The position numbers and the translations under genes were made by a program. 64,000 bases of DNA from NCBI GenBank assembly GCA_016201795.1, contig JACQCF010000027.1, positions 113,161 to 177,160 of the forward strand. The letters run 5' to 3'. How positions within the stretch are numbered: the stretch's first letter is position 1; each line of letters opens with the position of its first letter. Under the pieces are notes generated by a model. The model was not told the DNA's origin, made no database searches, and saw nothing but the letters and a program-made list of their open reading frames with translations. Source of the DNA: Candidatus Omnitrophota bacterium. Lineage in GTDB: Bacteria > Omnitrophota > Gorgyraeia > Zapsychrales > Fredricksoniimonadaceae. Below are positions 49,577-60,551 of the stretch, one piece after another.

Positions 49577-51058
49577 ATGAATCCATGGAACTCTATTACC
49601 TTATTGTCTTATGCTAAAATTAAAAATTTGCAAAATGAACGACTACGTTCTTTCATCAACAACCACGTTTATCCCTTCAGTCCTTATTACCGCAAACTTT
49701 TCGACGATCACAAGATTAATCCTAAACATATTCGAAGTACCAAGGATTTAAAATATATCCCGCTCACAAGCAAGCTTGATTTTATTGTCAAAGATAATCC
49801 GCAAAAATATAGGGATTTTGTCCTTCAACCGGATCAAGATAAAATCCGAAAGTTTTGGCCTAAAAATAAACTGCTCAAGTTAGCCCTTCAGGCCTTGGTG
49901 AAGGGAGAAGCCTCGATTCAGGAGACTTTAAGTCAAGAATATCGTCCAATTTTTATGACCTTTACAACAGGGACAACGAATTCCCCGGTGCCGTTTCTCT
50001 ATAGCCGTTATGATTTGAATAATCTCAAGCTCTCCGGAAACCGTATGGTAAGTCTTTTTAATATTCAACCTGACCAGCGGATTATGAATATTTTTCCCTT
50101 TGCCCCGCATTTGGCGTTCTGGCAGACTTTTTTCGGTGCGCTGGAGGCGGATGTTTTTGCCCTCAGTACCGGAGGCGGTAAAGTGATGGGCACCGAGGGG
50201 AATTTAACCGCTTTGGTTCGTATTAAACCATCGGTAATTTTGGGAGTTCCCAGTTATATTTATCATCTGCTCCGTCTGGCACAAGAACGCAAGCAGGATT
50301 TATCGTTTCTAAAAAATATTGTCCTTGGAGCGGCCAAAGTGACCGTACCCTATAAACAAAAGCTAGCGGAAATGTTAAAAGATTGTGGGGCACAGGAAGT
50401 TTTTATTTTTGGCACCTACGGGTTTACGGAGGCGCGCTCTGCCTGGGCGGAATGTCCGACGCAAAATCATATCTCCAGCGGCTATCATTTGTATCCGGAT
50501 AAAGAAATTTTTGAAATCATTGATCCAGCCACCGGCCAGGTCAAAGGGGAGGGTGAAGATGGAGAGCTGGTGTACACCGCTTTAGATTCCCGCGCCAGTG
50601 TAGTTTTGCGTTACCGCACCGGTGATTTTGTCCAAGGCGGTATCACCCATGGACCCTGTCCGCATTGCGGTCGTATGACGCTGCGTTTATCAAATGATAT
50701 TTCACGTCTGTCGGATACTAGGGATTTTAACTTTTCTAAAATCAAAGGGACGCTGGTGAACTTAAGTCATTTTGAAGAAGTGCTCAACGATATTGCTGAT
50801 ATCGATGAATGGCAGATCGAAATCCGCAAACACAACAATGACCCCTTTGACAGCGACGAACTGGTTATTTATATCACGCCTAAAAAGCCAGTTAATGAAT
50901 CGTCCTTCACGCAAATGGTCAAGGATAAAATTATCAGTGCGACCGAAGTTGGGCCCAATGAGATCAAACTGATCCCCTTGGATGAAATGGTCAGACGTTT
51001 AGAGTTGGAAACAGCCAATAAAGAAAAAAGGATCTTGGATATTCGCCCCCAAGGATAA
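49577..51058 (+). CDS. Phenylacetate-CoA ligase-like adenylate-forming enzyme (PaaK / F390 synthetase family)
   Basis: 493 aa; N-terminal domain and overall length like the PaaK/CapK family with adenylation core; assignment by family resemblance. Confidence 0.5.
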   Translation: MNPWNSITLLSYAKIKNLQNERLRSFINNHVYPFSPYYRKLFDDHKINPKHIRSTKDLKYIPLTSKLDFIVKDNPQKYRDFVLQPDQDKIRKFWPKNKLLKLALQALVKGEASIQETLSQEYRPIFMTFTTGTTNSPVPFLYSRYDLNNLKLSGNRMVSLFNIQPDQRIMNIFPFAPHLAFWQTFFGALEADVFALSTGGGKVMGTEGNLTALVRIKPSVILGVPSYIYHLLRLAQERKQDLSFLKNIVLGAAKVTVPYKQKLAEMLKDCGAQEVFIFGTYGFTEARSAWAECPTQNHISSGYHLYPDKEIFEIIDPATGQVKGEGEDGELVYTALDSRASVVLRYRTGDFVQGGITHGPCPHCGRMTLRLSNDISRLSDTRDFNFSKIKGTLVNLSHFEEVLNDIADIDEWQIEIRKHNNDPFDSDELVIYITPKKPVNESSFTQMVKDKIISATEVGPNEIKLIPLDEMVRRLELETANKEKRILDIRPQG

Positions 51059-51061
51059 GGT

Positions 51062-52336
51062 ATGGAACGTATTGCTATTGTCGATGGTATTCGCACTCCT
51101 TTTTGCAAGATGGGTACAAGTTTTAATGACTTAAGTGCGCAGGAGTTGGGACGTATTGCTGCACGGGAGCTTATTGAACGCACTAGTTTAGATGTTAAAA
51201 ATATTGATGAGGTCATCTTCGGCTGCGTGGGTCAGCCGGCGGATGCAGCTAACATCGCGCGCGTGATCACTTTGTTGGCAGGGATTCCTAAAACCACGCC
51301 AGCTTTTACGGTTCATCGCAATTGTGCTTCCGGTATTGAAGCGGTGGTCAATGCCGCTATTAAAATTCAGGCCGGAGAAGGTCGATGTATCCTGGCTGGC
51401 GGCACGGAATCTATGAGCAATATCCCATTTTTATTTTCTAAAGCGGCGCAGGAAATTTTTATGGAACTTGGCCGCGCCAAAACGACCACGGCCCGTTTAC
51501 AGGCGTTTTTAAAATTTAGACTTCAACATTTTTCCCCCCGTATCGGCTTGCAATTGGGTCTGACAGATCCTGTCTGCGGCTTGAACATGGGTCAGACCGC
51601 GGAAGTATTGGTCAAAGAGTTTGGTATTACCCGACGAGAGCAGGATGAGTTTTCTTTGCTCAGCCACCTGCGGGTCATTGCCAACCGCGCTATCTTACGT
51701 GAAGAAATTGTGCCGGTGATTCCAGGGCCAAAATACAAAGAAGCGATCGTGGATGACAATGGTCCGCGCGAAGGTCAGACTTATGATGCTTTAGCCAAAT
51801 TAAAACCGTTTTTTGAACGGGAGACGGGGACAGTCACTGCCGGTAACTCCAGCCAGATTACCGATGGAGCAGTAGCTCTTTTGGTAATCTGTGAAAGCCG
51901 GGCCAGAGAGCTTGGTTTCAAACCGCTGGGGTTTATCCGTGCCTTTGCTTTTGCCGGGGTTGAGCCTCATCGTATGGGGATAGGTCCGGCGCACGCCATT
52001 CCTAAAGTGCTTAAAAAAGCTGGTTTAAAATTGTCTGACATGCAAGCGATTGAAATTAACGAGGCTTTTGCCGCGCAGGTATTGGCCTGTTTAAAATCAT
52101 TGGCCTCGGATAAATTTACTAAGGACTTTGGCTACGAAGGTTATACCGGCGAAATTGACCCCGCCAAACTCAATGTCAATGGCGGTGCCATTGCCCTGGG
52201 ACATCCGGTAGGCGCCACCGGAGCACGCCTGATCCTTACCATGCTCAAACACCTCAACCGCCACAACTTTAACCTTGGATTAGTGTCGTTGTGCGTCGGC
52301 GGCGGCCAAGGGGCAGCGGTTATCCTTGAGCGTTAG
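51062..52336 (+). CDS. Acetyl-CoA C-acyltransferase (thiolase)
   Basis: 424 aa; active-site NCASGIEAV, C-terminal GHPVGATGARL and CVGGGQGAAV thiolase signatures. Confidence 0.85.
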   Translation: MERIAIVDGIRTPFCKMGTSFNDLSAQELGRIAARELIERTSLDVKNIDEVIFGCVGQPADAANIARVITLLAGIPKTTPAFTVHRNCASGIEAVVNAAIKIQAGEGRCILAGGTESMSNIPFLFSKAAQEIFMELGRAKTTTARLQAFLKFRLQHFSPRIGLQLGLTDPVCGLNMGQTAEVLVKEFGITRREQDEFSLLSHLRVIANRAILREEIVPVIPGPKYKEAIVDDNGPREGQTYDALAKLKPFFERETGTVTAGNSSQITDGAVALLVICESRARELGFKPLGFIRAFAFAGVEPHRMGIGPAHAIPKVLKKAGLKLSDMQAIEINEAFAAQVLACLKSLASDKFTKDFGYEGYTGEIDPAKLNVNGGAIALGHPVGATGARLILTMLKHLNRHNFNLGLVSLCVGGGQGAAVILER

Positions 52337-52344
52337 TCGAGGCA

Positions 52345-52373
52345 TTGACATTGCGCTCATCCCACCTTATAAT
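52345..52373 (+). promoter_or_regulatory. Consensus sigma70 promoter (TTGACA-17-TATAAT) upstream of leuC
   Basis: Perfect -35 (52345-52350) and -10 (52368-52373) hexamers with a 17-nt spacer. A 7-bp hairpin GAAGGGT..ACCCTTC follows in the leader (~52388-52413). Confidence 0.5.
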
Positions 52374-52435
52374 TAAATTTCAATTTTGAAGGGTCGTGTA
52401 CCAACAACCCTTCATCCCGAGGAGGCAGGTGTTTG

Positions 52436-53839
52436 ATGGCTAAGACATTATATGAAAAAATCTGGGATGATCATTTGGTGCGTGAGTCCCAAAATGATAC
52501 GTCTATTATTTATATTGACCTGCATTTGGTGCATGAGGTCACAAGCCCTCAGGCTTTTACTGCCTTACGTCAGACCAAACGCAGCGTGCGTGCGCCGCAA
52601 AAGACATTTGCGACCGTGGACCATAATGTGTCCACCCGCACCAAAGACATCACCAAGGTGGAGGCGACCTCCCGTATTCAGATGGAGGCTTTGTCGAAAA
52701 ACTGTCAGGATTTTGGCATCAAATTATACGATTTTGCCGATGAGAATCAGGGTATTGTACACATCATCGGTCCGGAACAGGGCTTGACTTTGCCCGGGAT
52801 GACTATTGTCTGCGGTGATTCACACACCGCCACCCATGGCGCTTTCGGCGCTTTAGCGTTTGGTATTGGCACTTCAGAAGTCGAGCATGTGTTGGCTACA
52901 CAAACTTTACAACAAAATAAAGCCAAGACCATGCTCATTAACGTCGATGGTCAACTGACTACCGGTGTTACCTCTAAAGATATTATTTTGTATATTATCG
53001 GTTTAATCGGAACCGCCGGCGCTACGGGCTATGTGATTGAATATGCCGGCTCCACTGTCCGTGCTCTGAGTATGGAAGCGCGCATGACCATTTGCAATAT
53101 GTCCATTGAAGCCGGTGCGCGTGCAGGGATGATTGCGCCCGATGAAGTGACGTTTAATTATATCAAGGGGCGTGATTTTGCTCCTCAAGGAACGGACTGG
53201 GATAAAGCGGTCGCTTATTGGAAAACTTTATCCAGCGACAAGGATGCCAAGTTTGATAAAGTCATCAATATTAAAACTGAAGATATGAAACCTATGGTGA
53301 CCTGGGGAACAAGCCCGGGGCAGGTGACCACCATCGATGGACTCGTGCCTGATCCGGAAAGTTTTGCTAATTCCGTTGATAGAACCGCGGCCCGCAATGC
53401 TCTGGCTTACATGGATTTGAAACCAGGCACTAAAATGACGGATATCAAAATTGATAAAGTCTTTATCGGCTCCTGTACCAATGCGCGCATTGAAGATTTG
53501 CGTGCCTCGGCGCAGATAGTGATCGGTCGTAGAGTTTCTCCGGATGTTTACGCCATTGTTGTTCCGGGCAGCGGCCGCGTGCGCCATCAGGCACAAAAAG
53601 AGGGATTGGATAAAATTTTTACCCAGGCAGGGTTTGAATGGCGTTATGCCGGTTGTTCCATGTGTTTAGGCATGAACGATGACCAATTAAAAAAAGGTGA
53701 ACGTTGCGCATCATCGAGCAATCGCAACTTCGAAGGCCGTCAGGGGCCGGGGGGACGCACGCATCTGATGAGCCCTGAAATGGCCGCTGTCGCGGCTTTG
53801 GAAGGTAAAATTGCAGATATTAGGAAATATAAAAAATAG
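52436..53839 (+). CDS. leuC: 3-isopropylmalate dehydratase large subunit
   Basis: N-term [12 protein letters not shown]; Fe-S ligands ([20 protein letters not shown]). Confidence 0.85.
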   Translation: MAKTLYEKIWDDHLVRESQNDTSIIYIDLHLVHEVTSPQAFTALRQTKRSVRAPQKTFATVDHNVSTRTKDITKVEATSRIQMEALSKNCQDFGIKLYDFADENQGIVHIIGPEQGLTLPGMTIVCGDSHTATHGAFGALAFGIGTSEVEHVLATQTLQQNKAKTMLINVDGQLTTGVTSKDIILYIIGLIGTAGATGYVIEYAGSTVRALSMEARMTICNMSIEAGARAGMIAPDEVTFNYIKGRDFAPQGTDWDKAVAYWKTLSSDKDAKFDKVINIKTEDMKPMVTWGTSPGQVTTIDGLVPDPESFANSVDRTAARNALAYMDLKPGTKMTDIKIDKVFIGSCTNARIEDLRASAQIVIGRRVSPDVYAIVVPGSGRVRHQAQKEGLDKIFTQAGFEWRYAGCSMCLGMNDDQLKKGERCASSSNRNFEGRQGPGGRTHLMSPEMAAVAALEGKIADIRKYKK

Positions 53840-53840
53840 C

Positions 53841-54458
53841 ATGCAACCGTTTAAAACACACACAGGTATTGCAGCGTCGCTGGAACGCGTCAACGTGGAC
53901 ACCGATGCCATTGTGCCTAAACAATTTTTAAGAAAAATTGAAAAGACCGGTTTCGGTAAACATTTGTTCCACGAATGGCGTTATCTCGACTATGAAGGGA
54001 CCAAAGAAAACCCGGATTTTGTTTTAAACCAAGAACCCTACCGTAAGGCCACGGTATTGTTAACCCGTGATAATTTTGGTTGCGGCTCCAGTCGTGAACA
54101 CGCGCCGTGGGCGTTGGCGGATTTTGGGTTTAAAGTCATTATTGCGCCCAGCTTTGCGGATATTTTCTACAATAACTGTGTTAAAAATGGTATCTTGCTG
54201 GCGCAACTGAAATCCGGTGAGGTTGATGAACTATTCCAATACGCCGCAAAAAACAGAGGCGCAACCATCACCGCGGATTTACCATCGCAAAGGGTGACGG
54301 CAGGCGGCAAGAAATATGTATTTCCCATCGATGCATTCAACAAGGAATGTTTATTAAAAGGTTTGGACAGTATAGGCTGGACCATGCAGTTTAACGATAC
54401 AATTGTGGAGTATGAACAAAAAATTCAATCCAAACACCCGTGGTTAATAAGGAAATAA
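53841..54458 (+). CDS. leuD: 3-isopropylmalate dehydratase small subunit
   Basis: Start 2 nt after the leuC stop; LeuD length and motifs ([16 protein letters not shown]). Confidence 0.85.
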   Translation: MQPFKTHTGIAASLERVNVDTDAIVPKQFLRKIEKTGFGKHLFHEWRYLDYEGTKENPDFVLNQEPYRKATVLLTRDNFGCGSSREHAPWALADFGFKVIIAPSFADIFYNNCVKNGILLAQLKSGEVDELFQYAAKNRGATITADLPSQRVTAGGKKYVFPIDAFNKECLLKGLDSIGWTMQFNDTIVEYEQKIQSKHPWLIRK

Positions 54459-54460
54459 TT

Positions 54461-56143
54461 ATGTCAGATATACGCAAATATTCTTCCATTGTTACCGATG
54501 GTGATGACCGCGCGCCTGCAAGATCGATGTTGCGCGCCGTCGGATTTAAAGATGAAGACTTTAGCAAGCCGCAAATCGGTATTGCCTCCACCTGGGCCAT
54601 GGTGACGCCTTGCAACATGCACATCGACCAGTTGGCTAAAAAAGCCGTGGAGGGAGTGGACGGCTTTGGCGGCAAGGCTGTCATTTTTAATACCATTACG
54701 GTCTCGGATGGGATTTCCATGGGTTCCGAGGGGATGAAGTATTCACTGGTCTCTCGCGAGGTGATTGCGGATTCCATTGAAACGGTGATGGGTTGTGAAG
54801 GATTTGACGGGTTGGTGGCTATTGGTGGATGTGATAAGAATATGCCGGGTAGTATTATCGCCATGGCGCGCTTAAATCGCCCATCGGTATTTGTATATGG
54901 CGGCACGATCTTGCCCGGCTGTTACCATAATCAAAATGTGGATATTGTTTCGGTTTTTGAAGCGGTGGGCAAACACGCGGCTCAAAAGATTTCTGATCAG
55001 GAATTAAAAGAAGTGGAAAGCTGCGCGATTCCGGGTCCCGGTTCCTGCGGAGGAATGTATACCGCCAACACCATGGCCAGCGCCATTGAAGCATTGGGCA
55101 TGAGTTTACCGAATAGCTCCATGCAAATTGCCATTTCCAAAGAAAAGGAAACGGACTGCGTCAATGCCGGCAAGGCGGTGTTAAATTTGTTGAAACTCAA
55201 TATCAAACCGCTCGACATCCTGACCAAGAAGGCGTTTGAAAATGCGATTACGGTGGTCATAGCCTTAGGTGGATCTACCAATGCGGTGTTGCATTTATTA
55301 GCTATTGCGTATACGGCCGGTGTTAAGCTTTTTATTGATGATTTTACGCGCGTTGGCAAAAAAGTGCCGGTACTAGCTGATCTTAAACCCAGCGGCCGTT
55401 TTGTCACGGCTGAACTGGCAGCCATCGGCGGCCTGACCCCGCTGATGAAAATGCTGCTGGATAGGGGATTATTGCACGGTGATTGTTTGACTGTCACCGG
55501 CAAAACTGTCCGCGAAAATTTATCTGAAGTTAAACCGTATCCAGCGGGTCAAGAAATCATCCGTTTTTTTAACAAGCCGATTAAAAAAGAAGGTCATATT
55601 ATTATTCTTTATGGCAATTTGGCCCCCACGGGGGCGGTAGCCAAGATCACTGGCAAAGAGGGATTAAGTTTTACAGGCAAAGCCCGGGTGTTCGATTCGG
55701 AAGAGACAGCCTTAAAGAAAATTTTAGACGGAACAGTCAAAAAAGGTGATGTGGTGGTTATCCGCTATGAAGGCCCCCGTGGGGGCCCTGGTATGCGTGA
55801 GATGTTATCACCCACCTCCGCTATTACGGGCAAAGGCTTAAGCAAAGACGTGGCTTTGATTACCGACGGACGTTTCTCCGGCGGCAGCCATGGATTTGTG
55901 GTTGGGCATATCACCCCCGAAGCCTATAACGGCGGGCCGCTGGCTATTGTCAAAAATGGCGACATCATCACCATCGATGCCGTCAAACATGAAATCAATT
56001 TGAATTTAAGCGCTGCCGAAATAAAAAAACGCCTCAAAGCTTGGAAACAACCAAAACCAAGATATACCCGCGGTGTTTTAGCAAAATATGCTAAACTTGT
56101 TACTAGTGCCTCGCAAGGAGCGGTCACAGATAAGGATATATAA
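54461..56143 (+). CDS. ilvD: Dihydroxy-acid dehydratase
   Basis: N-term [37 protein letters not shown] motifs. Confidence 0.9.
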   Translation: MSDIRKYSSIVTDGDDRAPARSMLRAVGFKDEDFSKPQIGIASTWAMVTPCNMHIDQLAKKAVEGVDGFGGKAVIFNTITVSDGISMGSEGMKYSLVSREVIADSIETVMGCEGFDGLVAIGGCDKNMPGSIIAMARLNRPSVFVYGGTILPGCYHNQNVDIVSVFEAVGKHAAQKISDQELKEVESCAIPGPGSCGGMYTANTMASAIEALGMSLPNSSMQIAISKEKETDCVNAGKAVLNLLKLNIKPLDILTKKAFENAITVVIALGGSTNAVLHLLAIAYTAGVKLFIDDFTRVGKKVPVLADLKPSGRFVTAELAAIGGLTPLMKMLLDRGLLHGDCLTVTGKTVRENLSEVKPYPAGQEIIRFFNKPIKKEGHIIILYGNLAPTGAVAKITGKEGLSFTGKARVFDSEETALKKILDGTVKKGDVVVIRYEGPRGGPGMREMLSPTSAITGKGLSKDVALITDGRFSGGSHGFVVGHITPEAYNGGPLAIVKNGDIITIDAVKHEINLNLSAAEIKKRLKAWKQPKPRYTRGVLAKYAKLVTSASQGAVTDKDI

Positions 56144-57210
56144 TGGCTGGGAATTCATTCGGACAACTGTTTAGGATTACTACCTTTGGCGAAAGCCATG
56201 GGCCTGCCATTGGCGTAGTCATTGATGGTGTGCCGCCTCAAATGTCTTTAACAGAGGCGGATATTCAAACAGATTTAGACCGCCGTCGGCCGGGCCAAAG
56301 TAAAATCACGACCCAAAGACAGGAAGCAGATAAAGTGGAAATCCTCTCCGGTGTCTTTGATGGTAAAACCACTGGCGCGCCGCTGGCGATTCTCATCCGT
56401 AACGAAGACCAGCGCTCCAAAGATTACGACAATGTCAAATTTGTTTTTCGTCCCGGCCATGCGGATTACAGCTATTTTGCCAAATATGGCATCCGTGATT
56501 ACCGTGGTGGTGGCCGTTCTTCAGGACGTGAAACTGCCGCGCGTGTGGCTGCGGGTGCCGTGGCCAAAAAAATTCTAGGCAAACATAATATCCAGGTCAT
56601 TGTCTACACGCTGGCGGTGGGGGGCATTGTGGCTAACAATATTGATTTTAGTGTCATTGAGCAAAACATGGTGCGCACGGCCGATGCTAAAGCCGCCGAA
56701 GCCATGATCGCCAAAATCGAAGAGGTGCGCAAAAACGGCGATTCCCTCGGTGCCATTTTGCAATGTGTAATTAAAGGCTGCCCTGCTGGTTTAGGTGATC
56801 CGTGCTTTGATAAACTCAATGCCCGCCTGGCCCAGGCGCTTATGTCGATTGCCACCGTCAAAGGTGTAGAATTCGGCGACGGTTTTGGTGTGGCGCAATT
56901 GACCGGATCTGTCAACAATGACCGTTTCGTCCTTAAAGGCAAAAGGGTAGGCACAGCCACCAACCATGCCGGCGGGATTATGGGCGGGATTTCAACCGGG
57001 GAAGACATTAACATCCGCATGGCGTTAAAACCACCGTCCTCGATTCCCAAACCGCAAAAAACGCTCAACGAAAACTTACAAGAAGTCGAAGTGGTGGTCA
57101 AGGGCCGTCATGATCCCTGTCTGGCCCCGCGGGTTGTTCCCGTGGCAGAAGCTATGATCGCCCTCACTTTGGTTGATGCTTTAATGATTCAAAAATCCAC
57201 GCAGGTGTAA
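56143..57210 (+). CDS. aroC: Chorismate synthase
   Basis: 355 aa; GNSFGQLFR.TTFGESHG N-terminal signature. Confidence 0.9.
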   Translation: MAGNSFGQLFRITTFGESHGPAIGVVIDGVPPQMSLTEADIQTDLDRRRPGQSKITTQRQEADKVEILSGVFDGKTTGAPLAILIRNEDQRSKDYDNVKFVFRPGHADYSYFAKYGIRDYRGGGRSSGRETAARVAAGAVAKKILGKHNIQVIVYTLAVGGIVANNIDFSVIEQNMVRTADAKAAEAMIAKIEEVRKNGDSLGAILQCVIKGCPAGLGDPCFDKLNARLAQALMSIATVKGVEFGDGFGVAQLTGSVNNDRFVLKGKRVGTATNHAGGIMGGISTGEDINIRMALKPPSSIPKPQKTLNENLQEVEVVVKGRHDPCLAPRVVPVAEAMIALTLVDALMIQKSTQV

Positions 57211-58082
57211 TGACCCCTCATGATACGCAAAAAGTGATTCTGATTACCGGAACCTCCAGCGGTTTTGGATTATTGACCTCGGCACGTTTAGCATCCCGGG
57301 GTCATTTTGTTTATGCCACCATGCGCGACCTTGCCAAACAACAGCCATTGCTAGATGAAGTAACCAAACGCGCAGGGCAGGTACAGGTGCGCGAACTGGA
57401 CGTGACCAAACCAGCAACGATTAAAAAAGTTATCGATGAAATCAAAAACCGCCATTATCATATCGATGTTTTAATTAACAACGCCGGTTTTGGTTTAGGC
57501 GGATTTTTTGAAGATTTATCCGAGGATGAAATCCGCCAACAGATGGAAGTGAATCTCTTTGGGGTACAAAATGTCTGCCGCCAAGTGATTCCTTTGATGC
57601 GTGAGCGTAAGCAGGGAAAAATTATCAATCTATCTAGCATCGCCGGGCAAACAGCCAGCCCTTGTTTTAGCGCCTATAACGCCAGCAAATGGGCCTTGGA
57701 AGGTTTTAGCGAAAGCCTGCATCATGAAATGAAATTGTTCGGTATTGATGTGGTGTTGGTGGAACCTGGCAGTTATCCGACAAAAATATTTTTTGAGAAT
57801 GCCCGTTACGGCAAAAACTTCGATAATTCCCAAAGCCCTTATTATGCTTTAAACCAGCAGCTTCAAAAAATGACGCTGGATTACGTCCGCCAGCTTAAAA
57901 GAGACCCCCAAGAAGTGGCCGCGCTGATCGAGAACATTATTAATACGAAAAACCCCAAATTGCGTTATATTTCTAATTTTTCTTCGTGGCTGCACGTCTT
58001 TTCACGTAAAATTTTGCCAGAATCTATTTATGGCTATTTCTTGAGGAGGGTACTTTATGGAAACAAACCCAACGCCCTATAA
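57210..58082 (+). CDS. Short-chain dehydrogenase/reductase family oxidoreductase
   Basis: ILITGTSSGFG (TGxxxGxG), NNAG, and YxxxK (YNASKWA) motifs. Confidence 0.75.
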   Translation: MTPHDTQKVILITGTSSGFGLLTSARLASRGHFVYATMRDLAKQQPLLDEVTKRAGQVQVRELDVTKPATIKKVIDEIKNRHYHIDVLINNAGFGLGGFFEDLSEDEIRQQMEVNLFGVQNVCRQVIPLMRERKQGKIINLSSIAGQTASPCFSAYNASKWALEGFSESLHHEMKLFGIDVVLVEPGSYPTKIFFENARYGKNFDNSQSPYYALNQQLQKMTLDYVRQLKRDPQEVAALIENIINTKNPKLRYISNFSSWLHVFSRKILPESIYGYFLRRVLYGNKPNAL

Positions 58083-58344
58083 ACGCCAAATCTTTGTCTG
58101 CACCAATGACCGTAAAGGCGAAAGTGCCAGCTGCGGCGATCACCAAGGGGAAGAAGTTTTCCGTCGATTACGTGAGATTGCCAAAGAACGCAAATTGCAT
58201 CCTACCATCCGTGTGACGCAGGCCAAATGCCTGGGGCAATGTGCCAAGGGGGTCAACATTATGATTTATCCGAAGAATGTTTGGTACAGTGCTGTGCGTT
58301 TGGAAGACGTTTCTAAAATTGCAGATGAATGTATTAAAGTTTAG
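58057..58344 (+). CDS. Thioredoxin-like [2Fe-2S] ferredoxin
   Basis: 95 aa; Cys ligands in the spacing C(15)..C(26)..C(59)..C(63), typical of the TRX-like ferredoxin family. Confidence 0.55.
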   Translation: METNPTPYKRQIFVCTNDRKGESASCGDHQGEEVFRRLREIAKERKLHPTIRVTQAKCLGQCAKGVNIMIYPKNVWYSAVRLEDVSKIADECIKV

Positions 58345-58413
58345 TATTAAAAGGGATTGGAAAGACAAATTTTGCGTTATAATAATAACAACAACTAAAC
58401 AAGGAGGCGTGTT

Positions 58414-58695
58414 ATGACTACGTACTTTTTAATTGGTAAATACTCTCAAGAGGCGCTCAAACATGTCAGTTCCCAACGGACCAAAAAAGCCTATCAAATC
58501 ATTCAAAAATTGGGAGGAAGAGTCAAGTCCATTCATGCGCTCTTAGGCGAGAAGGACTTAATTATTCAGGCCCAATTCCCCGGCAGTAAACAGGCTATGA
58601 ATGCTTCATTGGGATTAACAAAAATAACCGGCATCGGATTTTCCACCTCCGAGGCCATCTCCATTGAGGAATTTGACAAATTAGCGAAGGTATAA
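58414..58695 (+). CDS. GYD domain protein
   Basis: 93 aa; MTTYFLIGKYS...ALLGEKDLIIQAQFP matches the GYD family consensus (..Y.m..k.t....v....GeyD.v.i.e.pd). Confidence 0.6.
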   Translation: MTTYFLIGKYSQEALKHVSSQRTKKAYQIIQKLGGRVKSIHALLGEKDLIIQAQFPGSKQAMNASLGLTKITGIGFSTSEAISIEEFDKLAKV

Positions 58696-58706
58696 AAGAT
58701 ATCCTT

Positions 58707-60551
58707 ATGAGCATGTTCGATAAGAATATCAGCCAAGAGAAGTTAAAGTCCCTAGAATTTGCCGAAGCCGCCCGTGAACAGGAATGGACATCCCCCAGTT
58801 ACGCCCTTCAGTTATTCCACGGAGCCCTTGACTTTAATCTTATTTCCCCTTTTCCTGAGCAAAGCGCCTCAGAGAAGAAAATAGGGGATGAGTATTTAGT
58901 TAAGATAGAAAAATTCTTGCGGGAAAACCTCGATCCTGATGAAGTTGACCGTACGGGTATCATTCCTGATGCCGTGTATAAAGGGTTAGCCGAAATGGGG
59001 GCCTTTGCTCTTAAAATTCCCGAAGAATACGATGGTATGGGCTTTAGCCAGTACAATTACAACCGTATCATGCATTTGGTTTCCAGTTATTGTGGTTCAA
59101 CGGCAGTGCTTCTGTCCGCCCATCAAAGTATCGGCGTGCCTCAGCCGTTAAAACTGTTCGGAACGCCCGAGCAGAAAAAAAAATATTTGCCCCTGTTTGC
59201 CAAAGGGGCTATATCGGCGTTTGCTTTGACAGAACCGACGGCAGGTTCTGATCCACGGCAAATGCTGACCACTGCCACTCCTATTGAAGACGGTCAATAT
59301 TTTCTACTTAATGGGGAAAAACTCTGGTGTACCAATGGTTTGATCGCGGATGTCATGGTGGTGATGGCGGTTACGCCTCCTAAAATTGTTAAGGGTAAAG
59401 AAATGAAACAAATTACCGCCTTTATTGTGGAAAATAGTTGGCCGGGTATTGAAAAGGCGCATCGTTGTCAATTTATGGGATTGCATGGTATTCAAAATGG
59501 CTTCATGCGTTTTCATAATGTGAAAGTTCCTAAGGAAAACATTATTCTTGGCGAGGGGGAGGGGCTGAAGCTGGCGCTGATGACTTTAAATACCGGCCGT
59601 TTGACCTTGCCGGGTGGTTCCGCCGGTATTGGTAAATGGTGTTTGTATGTGGCCCGTCAATGGGCCGCCAAACGCCAGCAATGGGGGGCTCCTATCGGTG
59701 AACATGAAGCGATTGCTTTAAAACTTTCGTATATCGCCAGCCACAGCTTTGCGATGGATGCCGTTACCTGGCTGGCTTCAGCCATGGCTGATGATAAACA
59801 CCGCGACATTCGTCTGGAAGCGGCCATTGCGAAATATTTTTGTACGGAAGTTTCCTGGAAAATCGTGGATGAGACTTTACAGATTCGCGGCGGCTGCGGT
59901 TATGAAACTTCTTTATCTTTACGACAACGCGGGGTGGATTATTGGCCGGTGGAACGCGTCTTGCGTGATGTACGCATCAATCGTATTATCGAGGGAACCA
60001 GTGAAATTATGCATTTATTTATCGCCCGCGAAGCATTGGATCCTCATTTATCTAAAATTAAGCCGTTGTTGAGTGGTCGCACGCCCATCGGTGCCAAAAT
60101 TGCCGCCGCGTTTAATATGTCTGTCTTTTATGCGGTATGGTATCCCAAACTTTGGTTTCCTTCTTTACCAAAAACTCATCTCGTTCCTGTATTAAACGAG
60201 CACATGCATTATGTTCAATTAGCCAGCAAACGCTTGGCGCGCCACACATTTCATCAAATGATCAAATACCAGCAGAAGCTGGAGAGTAAACAAAGCATCC
60301 TCAACCGCATCGTGGACATAGGCACAGACCTTTTTATTATTTCTGCCGTATGTTCGTATACCGCCATGCTCAAAAAGAAAGGCCAGGCTAACGCGATGGA
60401 TTTAGCCGACAGTTTCTGTCACCAAGCCCGTCAGCGCATCGAGGCCGCCTTCAAAGAAAGCTGTTGCAATGACGACCGGGCCAATTTAAAAATCGCCAAA
60501 AATGTTTTGGCGGGCGAGTTTGAGTGGATGGAAAACGAGATCATCAAATGA
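58707..60551 (+). CDS. Acyl-CoA dehydrogenase family protein (long form with C-terminal extension)
   Basis: 614 aa; FALTEPTAGSDP and the ACAD middle and C-terminal domains, plus a ~180-aa extra C-terminal region. Confidence 0.8.
   Translation: MSMFDKNISQEKLKSLEFAEAAREQEWTSPSYALQLFHGALDFNLISPFPEQSASEKKIGDEYLVKIEKFLRENLDPDEVDRTGIIPDAVYKGLAEMGAFALKIPEEYDGMGFSQYNYNRIMHLVSSYCGSTAVLLSAHQSIGVPQPLKLFGTPEQKKKYLPLFAKGAISAFALTEPTAGSDPRQMLTTATPIEDGQYFLLNGEKLWCTNGLIADVMVVMAVTPPKIVKGKEMKQITAFIVENSWPGIEKAHRCQFMGLHGIQNGFMRFHNVKVPKENIILGEGEGLKLALMTLNTGRLTLPGGSAGIGKWCLYVARQWAAKRQQWGAPIGEHEAIALKLSYIASHSFAMDAVTWLASAMADDKHRDIRLEAAIAKYFCTEVSWKIVDETLQIRGGCGYETSLSLRQRGVDYWPVERVLRDVRINRIIEGTSEIMHLFIAREALDPHLSKIKPLLSGRTPIGAKIAAAFNMSVFYAVWYPKLWFPSLPKTHLVPVLNEHMHYVQLASKRLARHTFHQMIKYQQKLESKQSILNRIVDIGTDLFIISAVCSYTAMLKKKGQANAMDLADSFCHQARQRIEAAFKESCCNDDRANLKIAKNVLAGEFEWMENEIIK

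Noticed and set aside
54391-54906. 171-aa minus-strand ORF, the largest antisense ORF in the track; others include 56604-57101, 26912-27334, 28340-28720 and 7800-8219
   Set aside because: All lie wholly inside well-supported +-strand genes (leuD/ilvD, aroC, acnA, nudix, rho). They have no RBS and no recognisable domains; the shadow ORF comes from the codon bias of the sense gene.
58357-58383. Possible promoter TTGGAA-15-TATAAT upstream of the GYD gene
   Set aside because: The spacer is only 15 nt and the -35 match is weak, so it is not strong enough to list as a feature.
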